A stretch of DNA of 32,000 nucleotides from Candidatus Saccharimonadia bacterium (GTDB lineage: Bacteria; Patescibacteriota; Saccharimonadia; CAILAD01; BJGX01): the NCBI GenBank assembly GCA_039738635.1, contig JBCLLN010000004.1, positions 15,404-47,403 on the forward strand. Reading direction: 5' to 3'. Shown here piece after piece: positions 9,025-16,312 of this stretch (the first letter of the stretch is position 1; each line of letters begins with the position of its first letter). A program made the translations under genes and the position numbers. The notes under the pieces were generated by a model. The model was not told where the DNA came from. It worked only from the letters and a program-made list of their open reading frames with translations, and ran no database searches.

Positions 9025-9108
9025 TATATTCTAGATTTATATAATACCATTCTTATGCTTGTTTTGTCAGTTCCTGAGTGAATTGTTTTTCCTGTTTTCT
9101 ATGGTTTT

Positions 9109-9125
9109 CCAGGGTGTCTCCCTGG
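9109..9125. repeat. Small hairpin motif CCAGGGTGTCTCCCTGG (inverted copy of 1244-1259)
   Basis: Exact reverse complement of the 1244-1259 motif plus one base. It directly abuts repeat copy 2. Confidence 0.7.
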
Positions 9126-9128
9126 CAT

Positions 9129-9212
9129 GATAATGGATGAACTAAAGTATAAACTAGCAAATCTGTAAAACCGCCATCTGGAAAAGGCCAGGCCTTTTAA
9201 ATCTTTTAAATC
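9129..9212. repeat. Intergenic repeat copy 2 (distal half only)
   Basis: ATAATGGATGAACTAAAGTATAAACTAGCAAATCTGTAAAACCGCCATCTGGAAAAGGCCAGGCCTTTTAAATC. Hairpin at 9182-9198. It ends 42 nt downstream of the stop of 9254..10984. Confidence 0.9.
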
Positions 9213-9253
9213 TCTATTGCTATATGAATGAGAAAGGCAAAGGTCTTTACAGC

Positions 9254-10984
9254 TTAAAACCACCTATTACTGCTTAGAATTCGCATTAAAGTAGGTAGCC
9301 TAATCTCGAACACCTGATTATCGGTTACTGGTAAATCTATTATCATTCTTGGGTCATTTGGTAGCCTATAGTAGTTTACTTCTGTATTCTGGCTTACATT
9401 TATGACTTCTGAATATTGATTATAGCTAATTGGCAACTTTACAGCGCTAGGTTCTTTACAGCTAATATTGAGTCTTAGCAATAGCGTATCAGTAGACGAC
9501 CTAGCATTGTCTATTATCTGACATTTACCTTGCCAGCCATTAGACTTTTCGTAGTCCAAATACAAATTCTCATACTGGAACCATGTCGTTCTGGCGTTAA
9601 CTTGCTTACCATTTTCATACACTCTAGGCAAAAACTCACCATGATAAAGTATCGCGCTACCAAATCCTCTATATCTATCAGTATCTGGTGCACTGCTCAG
9701 CTGTATATCTGACACAAAAGCAATACTAGGCTTATGCCAGACTGGTGCCGCTGCAACGAATGTAGTAACCCAAATAACAAGAAAAATATACAAAGTTGAT
9801 CGGCTTTTTACTCTAGATAGTAAATACGCTAACGAGATAATTGAAAAGGGCACCATAAATGTCATTAGCCGAAAAGGAAACTGAAGATATTCCAGTGGCT
9901 TTATTAAGTGATAAATGGGTAGTGATATTTTTAACTGCAGTACAAAGAATACAATTAACATAGATGCCAGGAATATTACTACCTTTTTACTAAAGAATTG
10001 CGCCCTACTCATAAACATATGCTTCTTTTTCTTAAATACAAAGTAGAGAAGCAAACAGGCTATCGCCGACAACCAAATACCAATGTCAAGCTGAATGTTT
10101 GCTGCTGGAGTAGCGTCATGTAAAGAAAATTTGGGTAAAATATTCCTGACCAAAGGTACAAAATTATTACTAGCTAAAAAGCTTCCCTCTAGAATCTTGC
10201 TAGGATCATAATCAGCTAAAAATAAATACTCAGCAAGCAATAGTGGAGCAAGCAACAACAGTAAAGATACGCCCGACAAGATTACTGGCTTAATTGTTCG
10301 TCGCCACGACTGGTAATCACCTATAGAATATATTAGGTATGCGCCTAACAACGGCACCAGAGACATTAGCCCAATTACATTGTGGCAGTAAACAGTAACC
10401 AGCAAAATCACAACTATACTATAAGAAAACTTTTTATCAATCAACAGCTTAAGACACCACCAAATCACCCAAGGAATCATCATCATTGCCACAAATTCAG
10501 AAAATGCACCACGCCATAACCAATTTATAAAGCTATAGTTAGCCAACAGTAGTAGCTGCGAGCTAGCTAAAATAATACTCTTTTTGTCGGTAAGCTTTTG
10601 CAAACAAAAACGCATGCCATATACCCCCACAGCCATAAAACTTGCTAATCCTACGAATAAAGCTAGCTTCATGCTGCCAAAAAGTATGAAAATAATTGAA
10701 GTAACATAGTAGAAAGCTCTGTGATAAAAAAGCAACATTGGGGTTCCGTAGCCAAAAGCGTCGCCAGATGACCAAACAGGAATTAAATCACCGTACCTAA
10801 TATGGTCAGCGTAAGCTTGGATTTTGTAAGTCACCACTAGCCCATCGTCAGTATTCTCTGGCCATCCCGAATATGCTATTACCCAAAAAAGACAAAAACA
10901 GATAGTTACCGCAGTAACCAATGCAAAAATTGCATTAAACCTACGCCTTAGTAAGTACTGCATTCGCAAGCCATAAATCATCAT
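9254..10984 (-). CDS. Polytopic integral membrane protein (576 aa); a GT-C-type glycosyltransferase (ArnT/PMT/YfhO-like) is a guess
   Basis: More than 10 hydrophobic helices followed by a soluble C-terminal domain. The start overlaps the stop of the peptidase fragment (ATGA). Confidence 0.55.
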   Translation of the reverse strand: MMIYGLRMQYLLRRRFNAIFALVTAVTICFCLFWVIAYSGWPENTDDGLVVTYKIQAYADHIRYGDLIPVWSSGDAFGYGTPMLLFYHRAFYYVTSIIFILFGSMKLALFVGLASFMAVGVYGMRFCLQKLTDKKSIILASSQLLLLANYSFINWLWRGAFSEFVAMMMIPWVIWWCLKLLIDKKFSYSIVVILLVTVYCHNVIGLMSLVPLLGAYLIYSIGDYQSWRRTIKPVILSGVSLLLLLAPLLLAEYLFLADYDPSKILEGSFLASNNFVPLVRNILPKFSLHDATPAANIQLDIGIWLSAIACLLLYFVFKKKKHMFMSRAQFFSKKVVIFLASMLIVFFVLQLKISLPIYHLIKPLEYLQFPFRLMTFMVPFSIISLAYLLSRVKSRSTLYIFLVIWVTTFVAAAPVWHKPSIAFVSDIQLSSAPDTDRYRGFGSAILYHGEFLPRVYENGKQVNARTTWFQYENLYLDYEKSNGWQGKCQIIDNARSSTDTLLLRLNISCKEPSAVKLPISYNQYSEVINVSQNTEVNYYRLPNDPRMIIDLPVTDNQVFEIRLPTLMRILSSNRWF

Positions 10985-11178
10985 CTTGCTGCCCTAAAAG
11001 TGCCAACATACTTGGGGGAAAACTCCAGCTGGGCAGCTATTTTGGCCATAATAGCACTGCCTATAGGGTAATTTTTACTAGATTCCAGATAGCCACGCAA
11101 TACTATAACAAATATGACCACCACCAGAGCAGCCAATAGCATTTTTATGATAATTATTTTATTGAGTTTCATATTCAT
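10981..11178 (-). pseudogene. Truncated paralog of the 5' end (TM anchor, ~65 codons) of the M28 peptidase gene
   Basis: MNMKLNKIIIIKMLLAALVVVIFVIVLRGYLESSKNYPIGSAIMAKIAAQLEFSPKYVG aligns with MNIKLNKITIIKLLLAMLAVVIFAIVLRGYLESSKNYPIGDAIMAKIADQLEFGPRYVG of 190..1131. The catalytic domain is absent. Confidence 0.75.
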
Positions 11179-11195
11179 ATAATTATACCCTACTA

Positions 11196-11322
11196 GGCTT
11201 GCCAGTCCGAAGTCTTGACGAAGGAGGTTGACTAGAAACACAAAGCAATCATTAATGAGCTAAAGTATAAACTAGCAAATCTGTAAAACCGCCATCTGGA
11301 AAAGGCCAGACCTTTTAAATCT
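11196..11322. repeat. Intergenic repeat copy 3 (full-length form)
   Basis: GGCTTGCCAGTCCGAAGTCTTGACGAAGGAGGTTGAC-TAGAAACACAAAG-...ATTAATGAGCTAAAGTATAAACTAGCAAATCTGTAAAACCGCCATCTGGAAAAGGCCAGACCTTTTAAATC. The mini-ORF ATG is lost (ATT AAT) and the hairpin is imperfect. It ends 19 nt downstream of the stop of 11341..12204. Confidence 0.9.
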
Positions 11323-11340
11323 AAGTCTTGATTCGGCTTC

Positions 11341-12204
11341 TTACTTTGCCTCAAAATCAAAGTTAACCGCATCGTTCGGGTCAAGCCAGGCTTCGCTAAT
11401 AGTAGCCACAACAGAAAAAGGTGTCAGCTCCTTATCGCTACGAAGTTCAGTCAGCCAGAATATTACTGCACCTCGTTGACCAAAAATAGCAATCTTCGGC
11501 TCTGGCGATATGCCTGACGGCATGCCAGCGCTCATCATAGTCTCCACGTAGACACGGGCGCCACTATCATCAAGGGCAATTTTAAATTTCTGCGTTACAT
11601 CTATGAGTTGTCCTTTGTTAAGCTGTACTATTTCAACCATTGCTCGCCCATAGTCTATCTGCTGGGCAGGAACTTGAACTTTATCATACTGTGTAGGAGT
11701 ACCATCGTTAAACTGTGCCGTCCAAGACCTCGCCAGATTAAACAGACCGTAATAGCCCGTCTGTTGTAGTTCGCTAAGTGGCAACTCTGCAAACCACATC
11801 AATGCGGACCGACCATCGTATAGCTTCAGGGGTAATTGAGTTAGTTGGCCATTATCAGTTTTAAGCACTTGCGCGCCCGAAAACGAAACACCTTGGCGTG
11901 ATACACCAGTATAATCTGTGAATGTAACCTTCTGTGGATTATTCGCTTCCTCCCACGTCATCTTTTTTGTATCAATAATTGCCGATACACTCGGTTCTTC
12001 TTGGTCGACATTGATCTGCATCAAGTCATCAAATGTGGCTTTTCCATTGTAATGAGCAGCTTGAGGCAACAGCACGTTTCTACTCGCTGTGTAGGGCTCA
12101 ATCGCGTTACCAGCAGCCACAAGCGTGATAATATCGATGGCAGCAACGCCACCATCAAATTTGATAATTGGGTCTTGAAATGAATCCTTTGTTTGATATT
12201 GCAT
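11341..12204 (-). CDS. Hypothetical protein (287 aa), no signal peptide
   Basis: Clean ORF between two repeat copies. I recognise no motif. Confidence 0.6.
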   Translation of the reverse strand: MQYQTKDSFQDPIIKFDGGVAAIDIITLVAAGNAIEPYTASRNVLLPQAAHYNGKATFDDLMQINVDQEEPSVSAIIDTKKMTWEEANNPQKVTFTDYTGVSRQGVSFSGAQVLKTDNGQLTQLPLKLYDGRSALMWFAELPLSELQQTGYYGLFNLARSWTAQFNDGTPTQYDKVQVPAQQIDYGRAMVEIVQLNKGQLIDVTQKFKIALDDSGARVYVETMMSAGMPSGISPEPKIAIFGQRGAVIFWLTELRSDKELTPFSVVATISEAWLDPNDAVNFDFEAK

Positions 12205-12245
12205 ATTTGTATAATACTATAAAGACAAGCTAAATAAAACTTCAA

Positions 12246-12289
12246 GGATGAGGGCATCCATCTGGAAAAGGCCAGGCCTTTTAAACTTC
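12246..12289. repeat. Intergenic repeat copy 4 (short form with internal deletion)
   Basis: GGATGAGGGCATCCATCTGGAAAAGGCCAGGCCTTTTAAACTTC keeps the GGATGAG... start and the CCATCTGG + hairpin end. It ends 3 nt downstream of the doc stop. Confidence 0.8.
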
Positions 12290-12291
12290 AG

Positions 12292-12675
12292 TTAATTGCT
12301 ATGTGCTTCAAGCCATGACGCGATTTCAGAAATATCTAGGTGGTCTGTTGAAACCTTAACGGTGAAATTCTCTAACTCCTTGGGGTTAGCAATTATATTG
12401 ATACCGTTCCTAGATAAAAAAATACTACAAATAGTTAAGGCGGTCCGTTTGTTACCATCAATAAACGGGTGATCCCCAATCAAATTCCTTAAATACACCG
12501 CTGCTTTTTCATATACTGTTACGTATTGTTGCTTTCCTAAGACCTCTTGTTTTGGTGCTTCAACAACTGATTTTAGGCGGCCTTCGTCGCGAACACCATG
12601 TGAGCCACCAAAATCCTCAACAACCTGGAAGTGCAACCGTAATACCTCTTCTATATCCAAGAACCTGACAGTCAT
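12292..12675 (-). CDS. doc: Doc (death-on-curing) Fic-family toxin
   Basis: Fic/Doc motif HPFIDGNKRTAL (HxFx[DN]GNKR). 127 aa. ATGA overlap with the upstream antitoxin. Confidence 0.9.
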   Translation of the reverse strand: MTVRFLDIEEVLRLHFQVVEDFGGSHGVRDEGRLKSVVEAPKQEVLGKQQYVTVYEKAAVYLRNLIGDHPFIDGNKRTALTICSIFLSRNGINIIANPKELENFTVKVSTDHLDISEIASWLEAHSN

Positions 12676-12890
12676 CTACTAGCTAAATTTTTAAGAGTTT
12701 GGCCGTATTTCTCTACAAATTTATCGTATTCTCGTAAAAGTTTTGTGTGGCTTTCGGGTTCATTCACAAGTTCAACTCTTATTTTTAGTGTGTCTCCACG
12801 CTTAGCGCCTAGTCGAGTAAGGTCTTTTTTGGACAATGTTACTCCTTCACTAGAACCAATTTGAATAAGTTTTTGGGTAGTTTCAATCAT
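12672..12890 (-). CDS. AbrB/MazE/SpoVT-fold antitoxin partner of Doc (72 aa)
   Basis: MIETTQKLIQIGSSEGVTLSKKDLTRLGAKRGDTLKIRVEL is a swapped-hairpin AbrB-like pattern. I moved the start from 13043 to ATG 12890, which sits 7 nt after a consensus -10 element. Confidence 0.75.
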   Translation of the reverse strand: MIETTQKLIQIGSSEGVTLSKKDLTRLGAKRGDTLKIRVELVNEPESHTKLLREYDKFVEKYGQTLKNLASR

Positions 12891-12897
12891 ATAATAC

Positions 12898-12925
12898 ATT
12901 ATAAGCATATTATAATATTTGTCAA
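12898..12925 (-). promoter_or_regulatory. Near-consensus sigma70-type promoter for the TA operon, implying a leaderless mRNA
   Basis: The minus strand reads TTGACA-16 nt-TATAAT-7 nt-ATG. The spacer contains the 12-nt palindrome ATATTATAATAT, a candidate operator. Confidence 0.6.
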
Positions 12926-13128
12926 CCCTCTCCCTTCCTCTTCTTGGTATAGTGGAAAGGTGGACGGGTCTAAAAATCATCAATTGGCGGAGAGGTATCC
13001 TGCGTTTATAGAACTTCGGACTACCATTTTCTCCTCGTTCCAACGTACATACTTCACACTTTTTTAAGAGGAGTAGCTCTAGAGAATAATCCGTTAGCGT
13101 GAAGCAGCTACTGACTCAACAAACCAGA

Positions 13129-13210
13129 AATAATGGATGAGCTAAAGTATAAACTAGCAAATCTGTAAAACCGCCATCTGGAAAAGGCCAGGCCTTTGAA
13201 ATCTTTTAAA
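13129..13210. repeat. Intergenic repeat copy 5 (distal half)
   Basis: AATAATGGATGAGCTAAAGTATAAACTAGCAAATCTGTAAAACCGCCATCTGGAAAAGGCCAGGCCTTTGAAATCTTTTAAA. It ends 7 nt downstream of the stop of 13217..13930. Confidence 0.9.
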
Positions 13211-13216
13211 TAATGG

Positions 13217-13930
13217 CTATTTAACAAAAAGTTGAAAAAAAGTTTCAACGAGTTTATTGGCCTCGGGAGATTCGCGTAGTTCACGCTCGGCACGCTCAAT
13301 GTCATTGTTTGAGATATGATACTCTTCGGCGTAATGACGGATACGGAACATGGTGCCGGCTGGATCGAGTTCCGGATGGAAGGTAAGAGCGTAAATAGGT
13401 TCGCCGGGAAAGGTCCAGGCTTGATTAACACTTCGTTCAGATGATGCTAAACGCACGGCACCAAGGGGAAGATCTGTAAAGTGGTCTTTGTGTCCGAGTT
13501 GAGCGTCGAATTGCATTGGTAAAGTAGAAAACAATGGATCCGTAATTCCAGCTTCTGTTTTTGTAATTAAAAAGGTTCCAACTTCGGCACGGTTTTCATC
13601 ATTTACTAGGGTTCCATTAAAAGCTAACGTCATTAATTGCCCGCCAAAACAAATTCCCAACGTTGGAATTTTTCTTTCTCTTGCTTTCTTGAGCACTATA
13701 AATACAGATTGAGCGATTTCTGGAATGTCACCACGAGAAAGTAAATACTCACCAGATCCACCAAGTACTAAAGCCTCAATACCGCTAAGTGCTTCTGTGG
13801 TTAGTGAGGCACGAGTTGTATTTAGGCGAATAAAATTAGAGACTGAAAGCTTAGAGTATTTTACTAGTTGATCAAACTCATTGTCGGCGATTTCTAAATT
13901 TTGTCTGAATTGGAGGAAAAGGATTTTCAT
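13217..13930 (-). CDS. Class I (type 1) glutamine amidotransferase domain protein
   Basis: Nucleophile elbow GICFGGQLM and His-Glu pair in LTFHPELD. 237 aa. Confidence 0.8.
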   Translation of the reverse strand: MKILFLQFRQNLEIADNEFDQLVKYSKLSVSNFIRLNTTRASLTTEALSGIEALVLGGSGEYLLSRGDIPEIAQSVFIVLKKARERKIPTLGICFGGQLMTLAFNGTLVNDENRAEVGTFLITKTEAGITDPLFSTLPMQFDAQLGHKDHFTDLPLGAVRLASSERSVNQAWTFPGEPIYALTFHPELDPAGTMFRIRHYAEEYHISNNDIERAERELRESPEANKLVETFFQLFVK

Positions 13931-13973
13931 GCCGAAATTATAGCATTCTTTAAATAAAAATACCCGCGCCTAG

Positions 13974-14284
13974 TGGAGAGTGAGGGATAGTTCGACAGGC
14001 TCACTATATAAACAGCCCTTCGACTACGCTTCTTCGACTACGCTCAGAACCTTCGCTCAGGGCATTAGCCTCCCTTCTACTCTATGGCTGAAAGCCCTAC
14101 GATATACTCAGGGCTATGGCCATGAGCGAACGAAGTGAGTCGAATGGCGGAGAGGGAGGGATAGTTCGACAAGCTCACTATTTATCCCGCACCCGTCTCT
14201 TCATTGGACTCTCCAGCCTCACGCCAATGGTGAGCCTGTCGAATCCATGGCGGAGAGGGAGGGATGGTTCGACAGGCTCACCAT
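13974..14284 (-). repeat. Three pseudo-copies of the tRNA-Ser 3' end, each fused to TTCGACAGGCTCAC
   Basis: TGGCGGAGAGGGAGGGAT (the genuine tRNA 3' end is at 14616-14633) recurs at 14248 and 14145, and in degenerate form (TGGAGAGTGAGGGAT) at 13974. Each copy continues [AG]GTTCGACA[GA]GCTCAC[CT]AT. Copy C (14229-14282) forms a 15-bp perfect inverted repeat GGTGAGCCTGTCGAA / TTCGACAGGCTCACC. Confidence 0.85.
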
Positions 14285-14315
14285 AATTTTCACACAACAA
14301 CATCCTTCAGCACGC

Positions 14316-14591
14316 TCAGGATTTTGATCGGCTTAACTTTTTGAGGAGCTCAACATCACCAACAATTAATGCCTTTTTCTTAGCTTTTGACCAGCCTTTA
14401 AGCTGTTTTTCCCGCTTTGCAGCATCAACTCGTTTAGTAAACTTTTCAGAATACACTATCTGAACTTCTCCATAGCGTTTAGTATAAGACGATTGATGTT
14501 TTTGATGCTGCAAAAGCCTAGTTTCTAAGTTGGTGGTCAAACCAACGTAGAAAAAGGCATTATCACATTCTAAAATATATATGTTATACAT
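14316..14591 (-). CDS. GIY-YIG nuclease-family protein (UPF0213-like, 91 aa)
   Basis: YILECDNAFFYVGLTTNLETRLLQH matches the GIY-(x10)-YVG...R..H pattern. The track ORF 14316..14699 reads through the tRNA, so I moved the start to ATG 14591. Confidence 0.8.
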   Translation of the reverse strand: MYNIYILECDNAFFYVGLTTNLETRLLQHQKHQSSYTKRYGEVQIVYSEKFTKRVDAAKREKQLKGWSKAKKKALIVGDVELLKKLSRSKS

Positions 14592-14615
14592 AGCAATCCT
14601 GAGCCTGTCGAAGGA

Positions 14616-14705
14616 TGGCGGAGAGGGAGGGATTCGAACCCTCGATGGAGTTGCCCCCATACTACTTTTCGAGAGTAGCGCCTTCAACCACTCGGCCACC
14701 TCTCC
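14616..14705 (-). tRNA. tRNA-Ser (anticodon CGA), 90 nt with encoded CCA
   Basis: The minus strand reads GGAGAGGTGGCCGAGTGGTTGAAGGCGCTACTCTCGAAAAGTAGTATGGGGGCAACTCCATCGAGGGTTCGAATCCCTCCCTCTCCGCCA. 7-bp acceptor stem GGAGAGG/CCTCTCC. Anticodon stem CTACT/AGTAG with loop CTCGAAA. Long variable arm. T-arm GAGGG-TTCGAAT-CCCTC. Confidence 0.92.
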
Positions 14706-14921
14706 TCGTCGAAGCTTTAGCTTAAACTTTCATAAAATAAGAATATTTTAATTGCAGTAAGCGCTGATGCTTCTCCTCTCAATCATCAATCATCTCGCCT
14801 AGGGCTTAATTAGATTAATTATTGGTTAAGGCAATTAAGTAAACACTAATGGCCACTATTATCTTTACTAGCAAATAGCCAGGCCTATGTTAATTTACCT
14901 ACTACCTGTTACAATCTTACC

Positions 14922-16292
14922 ATGACAAATAAATCCCAGCACGCTAGCAAGATCTCCCAGATACTGGCTGAATTCAAATCAATTAAAAATTCTAAGCTCA
15001 AAATATCTACCAATAAAACAACCACTAATCTGTTCCGCGGTAGAAAGCAAGGCACTACCCAACGGCTTAGTATGCGCGAGCTCAATGATGTCGTGAGTAT
15101 CGATGCCAAGTCCAAGACAGCGGTAGTAGAGGGGATGTGTAGCTATGAACGGCTGCTACAGCAGACCCTAGCGCTGGGGCTAATGCCCGCCGTAGTGCCC
15201 CAGCTTAAAACCATCACCCTAGGTGGTGCGGTAACGGGTATTGGTATTGAATCGAGCTCATTTAAGTACGGCTTCCCCCACGAGACAGTTACCCAATTAG
15301 AAATCCTAACAGGACTCGGCAAAGTCATACAGGCCACTCCCACTAATGAGCATCAGGACTTATTCTATGGCTTCCCCAACAGCTATGGAACGCTAGGCTA
15401 TGCTCTATCACTAACCATTAAGCTCGTGCCTACTAAAAGCTTTGTAAAGCTAAAATACATCAAATTCACTACCCCCCGCGAGTACTTTAAGGCCCTCAAG
15501 CTAGCCTGCGATAAATCTAGCTGGGAAGGGGAGAGGCTAGACTTTATAGATGGAGTGATATTTGGGCCAGAAGAAATGTATCTGGTACTAGCTACCATGG
15601 TAGCGAATGCTCCATACACCAGCGATTACACCTATAAAAACATATTCTATCGTTCTATCCAAACGCGTAGCGAGGATTACCTGACCATCAAGGACTATCT
15701 TTGGCGTTGGGATACCGACTGGTTCTGGTGCAGTAAAAGCCTAGGGGCTCAAAACCCCATAATTCGTCGAATCTATGGAGCCAAGCGCTTACATTCGGGG
15801 TTTTATATGAAATTATTTGGGCTAGAAACCAAGTACCACCCTAGAGCCAAGCTCGATAAGCTATTACGCAAGCCCTTACAAGAACCCATTGTTCAAGATG
15901 TTACGGTGCCAATACAATCAGCCGAAGCGTTTTTGAAATTCTTTAATAGCAATATTGGTATTGAGCCCATCTGGAATTGCCCAGTGCGTCAGCTAGATGG
16001 CTCCAAGGTCTGGACTCTCTTTGAGATGAAGCCAAAACAACTCTATCTTAATTTTGGTTTCTGGGATAGCGCCGATGCTAATCCTCACCAGCCCGATGGC
16101 TACCACAACCGTCAGATAGAATCAAAGATCATTAAGCTCAAAGGCCGAAAGTCGTTATATTCGGACTCATTTTATAACGAGGATGCTTTCTGGACTATTT
16201 ATAACCAAGTAGGCTATGATATATTAAAGGCAAAATACGATCCCAGCGCGCGCTTTAAGGATTTATATCAGAAAACAGTATTAAAAGGATAA
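14922..16292 (+). CDS. FAD-binding oxidoreductase (FAD_binding_4 / DHCR24-like; BfaA-like)
   Basis: ITLGGAVTGIGIESSSFKYGFPHE is the PCMH-type FAD-binding signature seen in Delta24-sterol-reductase-like enzymes. 456 aa. It lies 20 nt upstream of the CFA-synthase-like gene. Confidence 0.75.
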   Translation: MTNKSQHASKISQILAEFKSIKNSKLKISTNKTTTNLFRGRKQGTTQRLSMRELNDVVSIDAKSKTAVVEGMCSYERLLQQTLALGLMPAVVPQLKTITLGGAVTGIGIESSSFKYGFPHETVTQLEILTGLGKVIQATPTNEHQDLFYGFPNSYGTLGYALSLTIKLVPTKSFVKLKYIKFTTPREYFKALKLACDKSSWEGERLDFIDGVIFGPEEMYLVLATMVANAPYTSDYTYKNIFYRSIQTRSEDYLTIKDYLWRWDTDWFWCSKSLGAQNPIIRRIYGAKRLHSGFYMKLFGLETKYHPRAKLDKLLRKPLQEPIVQDVTVPIQSAEAFLKFFNSNIGIEPIWNCPVRQLDGSKVWTLFEMKPKQLYLNFGFWDSADANPHQPDGYHNRQIESKIIKLKGRKSLYSDSFYNEDAFWTIYNQVGYDILKAKYDPSARFKDLYQKTVLKG

Positions 16293-16312
16293 TAATTAGA
16301 GAGGATAAGATT

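Noticed and set aside
8227-9081. Plus-strand ORFs 8227..8559, 8575..8790, 8670..8858 and 8860..9081
   Set aside because: They are antisense to the HTH gene or the 116-aa gene, or they read through the intergenic repeat. None has a motif.
11341-12204. The 287-aa protein as a phage capsid or encapsulin-type protein
   Set aside because: Only the size is suggestive. There are no neighbouring phage genes, and I could see no similarity to the encapsulin sequence I recalled from memory. Left as hypothetical.
12891-13043. N-terminal 51-codon extension of the antitoxin ORF (12672..13043)
   Set aside because: The extension covers the consensus -35/-10 promoter and is Arg/Pro-rich junk. The AbrB-like domain starts at the Met at 12890.
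8517-13210. A sigma70 promoter inside the intergenic repeat (TTTACA ... TATACT on the minus strand)
   Set aside because: The spacing between the two hexamers is only 12 nt, and other registers give poor hexamers. I do not claim a promoter, only the terminator-type hairpin.
14592-14699. N-terminal extension of the GIY-YIG ORF (14316..14699)
   Set aside because: It is a translation of the tRNA-Ser gene and the repeat motif. The GIY-YIG domain begins at the Met at 14591.
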